Shown here: positions 1 to 7,900 of the stretch, piece after piece | Layout: each line of letters opens with the position of its first letter | Position numbering within the stretch: the first letter of the stretch is position 1 | NCBI GenBank assembly: GCA_037447435.1 | Contig: JBBIGR010000002.1 | Coordinates: forward strand, 128,001 to 192,000 | Direction: 5' to 3' | DNA: 64,000 bases | Origin: Fibrobacteria bacterium | GTDB taxonomy: Bacteria > Fibrobacterota > Chitinivibrionia > Chitinivibrionales > FEN-1185 | The notes under the pieces: generated by a model | Database searches by the model: none | Seen by the model: the letters and a program-made list of their open reading frames with translations, nothing else | Told to the model about the DNA's origin: nothing | Made by a program: the position numbers and the translations under genes

Positions 1-782
<782 letters not shown>

Positions 783-1014
783 CTATTCATTAGTAAACAT
801 TTGTACGTTTATTTGAAGTATCTTCATTTTTGCACGGATACTCTATAAAAATAAACTTATCCTCCGCGAAGCTTGGGATTAGTATCTTTATATAGATCCA
901 AATAAGACTTGAAAATATACGTCTGCTGCAAAAAGCAGTCAAGAGTTTCACCGAAATCATAAAACAACAATGTGAAAAAATTACCAGTTCAAATTATCCA
1001 GCGAGGTCCCATCC

Positions 1015-1836
1015 ATGATAAAAGCCCAATACCCTTTTTCTCCAAATAAATCCGGCAGTGGTCCGTTATTTTTTATTGCCGGCCCCTGTGTGATAGAATC
1101 GGAACGTTTATGTCTGGATATTGCCGAAACACTGGCAAAGGTCTCAATAAAAGAAAATGTCACGATTATTTTCAAGGCTTCCTACGACAAGGCCAATCGT
1201 ACTTCGGCCTCATCCTTTCGGGGTCTTGGCATGAAAAAGGGGCTTTCCATTCTGGGAAAAGTAAAAAAGCAATTCGGATTGCCCATAGTCACCGACATCC
1301 ACACCCCGGACCAAGCAGCCCAGGTCGCCGCAATCGCCGACGTTCTGCAAATACCCGCATTTTTATGCCGACAAACCGATCTACTGACGGCTGCAAAAAA
1401 AACCGGCAAAATCGTGAATGTGAAAAAAGGACAATTCGTCGCACCCGGCGACATGAAATACTCTCTTGACAAGGCCGGCAAAAAATCGTGGATTACCGAA
1501 CGCGGAACTTTTTTCGGCTACAACAGATTGGTTGTTGATTTTGCCGGGATCCCGATTTTAAAAAGCTTCGGAGTCCCGGTTATTTTCGACGCTACCCATA
1601 GCGTCCAAATGCCCAGTGCGGGAAACGGCGTGTCCGGCGGTAATCGCGACCTGGCGATACCGCTTGCGCAAGCAGCGGTCTGCGCAGGGGTAAACGGACT
1701 TTTTTTCGAAATACATCCGACACCCGACAAAGCCCTTTGCGACGGCCCCAACAGCATTTCGGTGAAAGATTTTGTAAAGAATGTTCCGAGAATGCTGGAA
1801 TTGCATGATAAGGTAACGGGGTGGCGAGCCGATTGA
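1015..1836 (+). CDS. kdsA: KDO8P synthase (3-deoxy-8-phosphooctulonate synthase)
   Basis: AGPCVIES, KASYDKANRTS, QIPAFLCRQTDLL, VKKGQF, ERG, DATHSVQ and CDGP motifs; the N-terminal Cys suggests the metal-dependent class. Confidence 0.96.
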   Translation: MIKAQYPFSPNKSGSGPLFFIAGPCVIESERLCLDIAETLAKVSIKENVTIIFKASYDKANRTSASSFRGLGMKKGLSILGKVKKQFGLPIVTDIHTPDQAAQVAAIADVLQIPAFLCRQTDLLTAAKKTGKIVNVKKGQFVAPGDMKYSLDKAGKKSWITERGTFFGYNRLVVDFAGIPILKSFGVPVIFDATHSVQMPSAGNGVSGGNRDLAIPLAQAAVCAGVNGLFFEIHPTPDKALCDGPNSISVKDFVKNVPRMLELHDKVTGWRAD

Positions 1837-1880
1837 GGCCCTTTCGAAGGCCGAAATTAAAAATACCCGTCCGGCAATAT

Positions 1881-2123
1881 CCAAAAGATGTTCGGCATTA
1901 ATTAAAAATAGTGCAGAAGACCCAAAAAGATGTTCAGGAAAGCATAAAAATAGTGCAGAAGAGTAAAAAAGTAATGCAGCTACCGTTTTTCTTAAAATTT
2001 TTGTGTGTTCTGTACATAAAATAGCACTTCTTGGTGTGTTTCTTACTTTGCGTTAGGTCAAATTGCCTTTTCTGCACTATTTTTTTGGATTTCTGCACTA
2101 TTTTTACCCTCATCCGAACATTC
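1881..2123. repeat. Intergenic element of direct and inverted repeats
   Basis: Two ~41-bp tandem units (1881-1920, 1922-1962), each CCAAAA(A)GATGTTC...TAAAAATAGTGCAGAAGA. The inverse motif TTCTGCACTATTTTT occurs at 2070-2084 and 2091-2105. CCGAACAT near 2114-2121 mirrors ATGTTCGG at 1888-1895. Confidence 0.75.
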
Positions 2124-2183
2124 TATCTACCGTGCTCCCGGTCTATCTTATCCAGATCGGCAAGGCGTTTCTTTGCAAACGCG
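2123..2183 (-). repeat. Displaced copy of the kinase 3' end (AFAKKRLADLDKIDREHGR-TAG)
   Basis: Codon-by-codon match to the kinase 3' end (3926-3986); differences are synonymous except L>I. Confidence 0.92.
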
Positions 2184-2218
2184 ATTGCCGGCATAAATAT
2201 TTTTCTAAGTTGGGTGGC

Positions 2219-2407
2219 TTATAAAACAAATTGCTTATCCTTTAATCTCGGAAAGGGAGTATTGACTTTTTCGACACCAATTTCCTCTAAAAAATTCAAA
2301 TATTCCTCTAAATCCGGTTTGGCAATCTTTTTTTTATCAATTTTCGCAATTTGGTCAATAAACGCCTTCTCCAACTTGTCCCATTTTAAATCAAGATCAT
2401 TTTCCAT
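2219..2407 (-). CDS. Small (62 aa) hypothetical protein, likely partner of the upstream nucleotidyltransferase
   Basis: ATG at 2407 with GAGG upstream, overlapping the end of the NTase gene; MENDLDLKWDKLEKAF...KQFVL. Confidence 0.6.
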   Translation of the reverse strand: MENDLDLKWDKLEKAFIDQIAKIDKKKIAKPDLEEYLNFLEEIGVEKVNTPFPRLKDKQFVL

Positions 2408-2936
2408 TTCCGGATTCCTCTGAGATTTCGTTGTAATACGATTCCATTCCGAATTTTTTGAAATATTCCGCAACCTTCTGTTTATCGTATTTCGCATGAT
2501 TAAGAATTTCTTTTATATCTGCAAAATCCTTAAATTTTCTTTCCGGATTATTTTTAACAGCAAACAACTTCATTGCAATTAAATGTTCGGGGCTGACTAC
2601 GGGCAATTCAAGACCTTGAAAAACCTGCCTTTTTTCAATTGATCCCAATATCGAATCAGCTGTCGCGCCGTCCACATACATAATATCAACCCTGACTGAA
2701 CCAAGAGGATGCAGAAAGTTAGAAAAAGATTCTGAACTGAAAACAGTCTCAAAACCAAGTGATGTAAGGTAGGAAGTTATTTTATCGCGATTTTCAACTC
2801 TGGTAACAAAATCTACATCCCTGGTGGCTCTTATATATCCATAGGAAAAAAGTGCGAATGCCCCGATAATGCCATATTCAATTTTTTCACGAAGGAAAAA
2901 CCCCGTAAGTATTTCGATAATGGATTTCAAGCTCAT
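2397..2936 (-). CDS. DNA pol beta-superfamily nucleotidyltransferase (AbiEii/DUF6036-like, TA-associated)
   Basis: IIGAFALFSYGYIRATRDVDF (G...DxD), VRVDIM and SPEHLIAMKL...R..KDFADI motifs. Start placed at MSLKS. Confidence 0.8.
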   Translation of the reverse strand: MSLKSIIEILTGFFLREKIEYGIIGAFALFSYGYIRATRDVDFVTRVENRDKITSYLTSLGFETVFSSESFSNFLHPLGSVRVDIMYVDGATADSILGSIEKRQVFQGLELPVVSPEHLIAMKLFAVKNNPERKFKDFADIKEILNHAKYDKQKVAEYFKKFGMESYYNEISEESGNGK

Positions 2937-2993
2937 ATTTATTTCCATTTTCAAAAACAAATTACTTGTCTTGCTTTCGCCTGCAAGACCCCA

Positions 2994-3060
2994 TCACCGT
3001 CCGTGCTCCCGGTCTATCTTATCCAGGTCGGCCAGGCGTTTTTTTGCAAACGCGCATTCT
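2994..3060 (-). repeat. Displaced copy of the kinase 3' end (ECAFAKKRLADLDKIDREHGR-TGA)
   Basis: Matches 3926-3992 with synonymous changes; weak similarity extends to ~3077 (SSHGS vs STHSS). Confidence 0.92.
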
Positions 3061-3092
3061 TAGGAACCGTGCGATGATTCGACAGTTTCTAA

Positions 3093-3572
3093 TTACAATT
3101 CTTTAACTTTGGCCTGATCGAGGAACCTTAGAACATTTTTCTTGAATCGTCCAACAACATCATCCGCCAAGCATAAAGTCCCAATCACTGTTTCCTTGTC
3201 AAAAGTAACGGCATAACCATGGGCAACAATATGCCTGAATTTTCGAAGCATTGTTAAGAGTGGAAAAAGATTAGCATCTGCAAGTATTGGTAAGCTGGGA
3301 TCGTGACCATCACTATCATTAAACATGCCTATCAGTTCAGCATGCCAAAACGATCCTGAGGGCAAAGACGCATCACAATATTTAGTAACCCGTTTCAGAA
3401 TATTTTCGACACCATTATAGCACTGAGCAAGATAGGTTGCGCCCGCAGTAATATCCGAACGCGAGACAATAGCATTTTTTTCGTTCTCAAGAATGAGCCG
3501 GATCTCTTCCAGCGTTTCATCCATTCTGGCAAATTCAATTGCAATATCTTCGGATAGATCATCTAATGTCAT
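3093..3572 (-). CDS. HEPN-domain RNase toxin (HepT-like)
   Basis: RHIVAHGY matches Rx4HxY; YNGVENILKR helix; overlaps the upstream MNT gene. Confidence 0.85.
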   Translation of the reverse strand: MTLDDLSEDIAIEFARMDETLEEIRLILENEKNAIVSRSDITAGATYLAQCYNGVENILKRVTKYCDASLPSGSFWHAELIGMFNDSDGHDPSLPILADANLFPLLTMLRKFRHIVAHGYAVTFDKETVIGTLCLADDVVGRFKKNVLRFLDQAKVKEL

Positions 3573-3834
3573 ATATCATCCTGCCTCGACGTTCGTTGAC
3601 TTCCACAAATCTTGTTCGAGGCAAGCCCGGCACAACGTCTACAGATGCATGCGCTTCATGTTCCATCATTCCCGCCATTTCAAAGAAAGAAGGGCCCACC
3701 ACTCCTTCACAAAGCAAGTCTATGTCCCGTGCATTCTCCGGGTCGGTTACTGCACTGCCAAAAAGCACGAGTTTTCTTGCCCCATAGCGACGGGCAATTT
3801 CCACACATTTGTTTATTTGTTCACTTGTAACCAT
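3559..3834 (-). CDS. Minimal nucleotidyltransferase antitoxin (MntA-like)
   Basis: 91 aa with LFGS...DIDL and VDVV motifs; AAGGAG RBS; paired with the HEPN gene. Confidence 0.87.
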   Translation of the reverse strand: MVTSEQINKCVEIARRYGARKLVLFGSAVTDPENARDIDLLCEGVVGPSFFEMAGMMEHEAHASVDVVPGLPRTRFVEVNERRGRMIYDIR

Positions 3835-3925
3835 GAATACTCCTTATCCGTTGCTTTGCAACTGGATAGGTTTAGCTGTGATCATATATGTGCGTGCACT
3901 TCGATATTTTTTATATAGTTATTAA

Positions 3926-5578
3926 TCACCTTCCATGCTCGCGATCCAGTTTATCCAGATCGGCAAGGCGTTTCTTTGCAAACGCGCATTCTTCCGACGA
4001 ATGCGTCGAACAATCGGCAAATTCAAGGTAATAATTCCACGCCTTGACCGCGTCCATGAGCAGGGCCTGGCCATAATTGTCCATGGCGGCTTTTTTATCG
4101 AGCGTCGAGGCATGATAGAACAAAATTTCTTTTTTAAAATCCGCGTTCAATTGCATGACCGAGCCGGTCTGCGACGACAAAGACGCTTCGAGCCGGTCTT
4201 TCGCCTCGTCGAACATACCGAGACGGAAATATGCCTGGCCTAAATACGCGTCTATTGCCGGATCCGAATAGCTGCGACGAAGATGCTCCAATATCTTCCG
4301 CGCTTTGTCGTATTGGCGGTCGCGCTTGAGCAGCAGTGTGGCCAATCGGATTTGCGCCTCGAGGTATTCGTTTGCCAAACCGCCCTTTTCCATCGACGGC
4401 ACCATCTGGTACATCTGCATCGCTTCCGACCATCTGCCGTCGTGTTCGAGCGTTTTTCCCCGCTCGAGGACCGGGATATTGACGCCTTGCGAAAGCCTCG
4501 GGACCCCCGCATCGAGAAACATGGTCCGCCACAATGCCGTTGCCGACATTAAAAGCGCCGCAAGGGAAACGATAAAAGCGATAAGCCCGAAATTCCGCTT
4601 AAAGGAAAACGGTACCTTCAGTTTTTTGCCGATCCCCCAGGCAGAATACGATTGAATGCATATCTGCAAGTCTTCAAGGATTTCTTTTTCCGATTTGGGA
4701 CGGTGATCCGGACTTTTCGACAGGAGCTTGTCGATGATCTCTTCGGTGAGCGCCGATATGGCCGGTCTGATTTTCTTTATTTTGGTGTATTTGCATTCGT
4801 TGATTTTCTGTATGAGGCCGGTCAGGTTTTCGCCCACGAAAGGCTTTTGATTTGTAAACAATTCATACATAACGATGCCGAGCGAAAAGAAATCGCTCCG
4901 CACATCCAGATTTCCGCCGGCCAATTGTTCCGGCGACATATAATGGAATGTGCCCACGATCATGCCCTGCATGGTATTAGAGGTGATATTCAGGGGCTTT
5001 GCCGCGCCGAAATCCATCAATTTGACGAGTTTACCGGATGTGATCATGATGTTTTCGGGCTTGATGTCGCGATGCAGTATTCCGTGTATGACCTCGCCGC
5101 TCGGGCCCGAGATTTCCACGTTATGCGCATACTGCAACGCCTTGGTCACCTGCGACGCGATGGAAAGAATGTCCCGTTCCGAAATTTTCGGATTGGAAAT
5201 CATATATTCGCGCAACGTCTGACCGCTGATGTATTCCATTTCCATGTAGAAATAACCGTTGACTTCGCCGGTATCGAACACCCGTAAAATATTGGGATGA
5301 TCAAGGCGGGCCGTGAGCTGGGCTTCCTGCCGGAAACGGATGAAGAAATCCTCTTCGTCCATGAGCGACGGTTTCAGAATCTTAATGACCCGATCGAGAT
5401 CAAACGGAATATTATGCGCTTTGTAAATGAACGCCGTGCCGCCTTCGTTGATCTTTTCTATGATCTGACAATTACCAATTGTTTTGCCGATGAAGGGATC
5501 CTGTTGATGGGCAATCGGCGACGTATCGACAATGAGTTCGTCGCCGGCATACCCGGATATCCTCGTATGCGACATCAC
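3926..5578 (-). CDS. Hanks-type Ser/Thr protein kinase with TM helix and C-terminal TPR-like domain
   Basis: VIK, HPNIL, HRDIKPEN, DFG, YMSPEQ and SDFFSLG motifs; hydrophobic FGLIAFIVSLAALLMSATALW; helical TPR-like repeats. Confidence 0.93.
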   Translation of the reverse strand: MMSHTRISGYAGDELIVDTSPIAHQQDPFIGKTIGNCQIIEKINEGGTAFIYKAHNIPFDLDRVIKILKPSLMDEEDFFIRFRQEAQLTARLDHPNILRVFDTGEVNGYFYMEMEYISGQTLREYMISNPKISERDILSIASQVTKALQYAHNVEISGPSGEVIHGILHRDIKPENIMITSGKLVKLMDFGAAKPLNITSNTMQGMIVGTFHYMSPEQLAGGNLDVRSDFFSLGIVMYELFTNQKPFVGENLTGLIQKINECKYTKIKKIRPAISALTEEIIDKLLSKSPDHRPKSEKEILEDLQICIQSYSAWGIGKKLKVPFSFKRNFGLIAFIVSLAALLMSATALWRTMFLDAGVPRLSQGVNIPVLERGKTLEHDGRWSEAMQMYQMVPSMEKGGLANEYLEAQIRLATLLLKRDRQYDKARKILEHLRRSYSDPAIDAYLGQAYFRLGMFDEAKDRLEASLSSQTGSVMQLNADFKKEILFYHASTLDKKAAMDNYGQALLMDAVKAWNYYLEFADCSTHSSEECAFAKKRLADLDKLDREHGR

Positions 5579-7338
5579 TTTGCTCCGTCGATAAGGCTAA
5601 GAATTTCCTTTTTTATCGATTCCATATGCTCTCCCACTTCTTTTTTCGCCTGCAGAAGCGACAATCCCGCTGCCCCGCGGCACGATGCATAGAACTTTAT
5701 CTTTGGCTCGGTACCCGAAGGCCGGGCCGTAATAATGGTACCGTCGTTGCAAATGAATTGCAGCACGTTCGATGAAGGCAGGTCGATATTCTTTTTGATT
5801 TCCTTGGTTTGCATTGTAAGGGTCGTGCTCGATTTGTAATCCTTCACATACAAAACGGCGCTTCCCCCGAAAGTTTCGGGCGGCGTTGTCCGTAATTGCG
5901 ACATAAGATTATTCATCACGCCGACGCCCGATTGCCCCTTGAAATACTTCGACACTTGCGATTCAAGGAAATAGCCGTAGCGCCCGTAAATTTCGTTCAA
6001 TTTATCAACGAGCGACATGCCTTTCGCTAAATTATACAAGGCCATTTCGGCGGTCAGGACCGCCGCGGAAATCGCGTCCTTGTCCCGAGCTTGCGTATTG
6101 ACAAGGAACCCGTAGCTTTCTTCGGTCCCGAACACGTACTCGGGGATATTGTTTTTTGCTTCGAAATCGCGGATTTTTTCCGCAATGAATTTGAAACCGG
6201 TCAAGACATCGTAACATTCCAGGCCGTAGGCCTTCGCAATAGCGAACCCCAATTCCGTCGTCACGATCGATTTTACATAGGCGCTGCGAAGCGGCAAAGT
6301 CCCGAGTTCTTTCCGCGTGGTAATTATATACTCTAAAAGCAAAACACCGAGCTGGTTTCCGGTCAAAAGCGTAAAGTCGTCCCCGTCCGGCACCGCGATA
6401 CCGAGCCGGTCGGCGTCCGGGTCGGTTGCAAGTACCAAATGCGCTTTTTCGACTTTAGCAAGATCCAACGCGAGTTTCATCGCCTTTACTTCTTCGGGAT
6501 TGGGAAACTCCACGGTGGGGAAATTGCCGTCGGGCTGTTTCTGTTGCTCCACAAATATCACGGGCATGCCGAGCTCGCTCAGAGAGCGCTCGATGGGCAT
6601 GGCGCCGGTCCCATGAAGCGGCGTATATACGACCTTAAGGGATGGCCCTTTTTCTTTGACAAGCGCAGGCCTCAGCACGCAATCTTTAACCATCGACACG
6701 AACGCGTTGTCCATATCCCGGCCGATCATAGTCAAGAGGCCCTTATAAAGCGCATCCTCTTTTGTCATGCTCGCGATCTGCGCGGCCGACACGGCATTTA
6801 CCTCGGAAACAATCCCTTTATCGTGCGGCGCGACGATTTGTCCGCCGTCACTCCAATACACTTTGTATCCATTATACTCTGCCGGATTATGCGATGCGGT
6901 AATGACTATGCCTGCCGTTGCACCCAACCGCCGTACGGTAAAGGACAATTGGGGGGTCGATCGCAGTGAGGAATATACGAACGTTTTTATTCCATTGGCA
7001 CAGAGAACTTTCGCCGCTTCCAATGCGAAAACGTCCGAAAATCTGCGGGAATCATAGGCTATGGCAACCGATGCCTTATCAATTGCCACGGCTTTTTTAA
7101 TGTAATTGGCCAAACCTTGCGTTGTTTTCCGGATGATAAACGAATTGAGGCGATTGTATCCGCCGCCTATCACACCGCGAATACCTCCGGTTCCGAATTC
7201 AAGCGCCGTGTAAAAACGGTCGGAAAGTTCCGTATAATCCTTCTTCGCAATCAAATCCTTTACTTGCCGGCTAAAAAAGGCATCTTTTTCAAATTGAATA
7301 TATTCTTCCGCTTTTTGCAACAGTTCTTTGGTTTCCAA
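5575..7338 (-). CDS. pgm: Phosphoglucomutase/phosphomannomutase
   Basis: FGTGGIRG, TASHNP, DPDADR, EESYG and RPSGTEPKIKFY motifs; TTG start with AAGGA RBS. Confidence 0.92.
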   Translation of the reverse strand: METKELLQKAEEYIQFEKDAFFSRQVKDLIAKKDYTELSDRFYTALEFGTGGIRGVIGGGYNRLNSFIIRKTTQGLANYIKKAVAIDKASVAIAYDSRRFSDVFALEAAKVLCANGIKTFVYSSLRSTPQLSFTVRRLGATAGIVITASHNPAEYNGYKVYWSDGGQIVAPHDKGIVSEVNAVSAAQIASMTKEDALYKGLLTMIGRDMDNAFVSMVKDCVLRPALVKEKGPSLKVVYTPLHGTGAMPIERSLSELGMPVIFVEQQKQPDGNFPTVEFPNPEEVKAMKLALDLAKVEKAHLVLATDPDADRLGIAVPDGDDFTLLTGNQLGVLLLEYIITTRKELGTLPLRSAYVKSIVTTELGFAIAKAYGLECYDVLTGFKFIAEKIRDFEAKNNIPEYVFGTEESYGFLVNTQARDKDAISAAVLTAEMALYNLAKGMSLVDKLNEIYGRYGYFLESQVSKYFKGQSGVGVMNNLMSQLRTTPPETFGGSAVLYVKDYKSSTTLTMQTKEIKKNIDLPSSNVLQFICNDGTIITARPSGTEPKIKFYASCRGAAGLSLLQAKKEVGEHMESIKKEILSLIDGAK

Positions 7339-7402
7339 GGCATAATCCTTTCACCTGAATCAGGGTTGTTTATTTGCAGTTTATTAATATAATATTTATA
7401 GA

Positions 7403-7900
7403 TCAGGCCAAGACTTTTTCAAGCAGTAATCTTTGCTTTTGGGGTAGATTCAAATAATTGGCAATTTTATACCGGCAATTTTGAATATCGGTAACGAGAA
7501 CAAGGCCGTTTGAAATCAAAACCGTTTTTTCGAATCTGTTTTCTACAATAAAACGCCTGCTCCCCGCGTTTGTTCTCACGGTCCAAACGCAGGTGTCTCC
7601 CCGGGTCTTCAAGGAAACGATTTCCAAAATGGTCTGAATTGGATTTTGTTTTTCAATAGTTTCATTCACCAGGGCCTGTTCAACGTCACTCAAGGTTTCA
7701 AGATTGTTCACTATGCCGATTTCTTCTTCGGCATAGGTATTGTTTACAAACCTTATAGAAATAAAACGTTCAGGCATTGAATGAGGAAAAAGCTGAATGA
7801 AAAACACATTTTTAAATATTTCGCCGGATTTACATACAACATCAATTTCATTGTTTCCCGACTTTTGAATTGTAAAATCGGCCGAATTAAGACTATTCAT
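7403..7900 (-). CDS. DUF1854-like protein
   Basis: LFPHSMPERFISI, EEIGIV, WTVRTNAG.RRF and TDIQNCRYKI patterns; coupled to the ABC transporter (4-nt overlap). Confidence 0.65.
   Translation of the reverse strand: MNSLNSADFTIQKSGNNEIDVVCKSGEIFKNVFFIQLFPHSMPERFISIRFVNNTYAEEEIGIVNNLETLSDVEQALVNETIEKQNPIQTILEIVSLKTRGDTCVWTVRTNAGSRRFIVENRFEKTVLISNGLVLVTDIQNCRYKIANYLNLPQKQRLLLEKVLA

Larger units (their letters stand above)
2184..3925 (-). mobile_element. Putative tandem integrated cassettes (two TA-like modules) at the kinase 3' end
   Basis: Bounded by att-like duplications of the kinase 3' end; visibly more AT-rich than the kinase; TA-type cargo; no integrase in the window. Confidence 0.6.

Noticed and set aside
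1881..2105. CRISPR array
   Set aside because: Only two direct units plus inverted copies, no unique spacers of regular length, and no cas genes.
2031..2423. 130-aa plus-strand ORF (and 2869-3063) sharing PCSRSILSRSARRFFANA
   Set aside because: The shared peptide is the antisense translation of the duplicated kinase tail; there is no RBS, and the ORFs overlap real minus-strand genes.
2123..3992. Classical integron with attC sites
   Set aside because: The repeats are protein-coding kinase tails, not RYYYAAC...GTTRRRY foldbacks, and there is no intI in the window.
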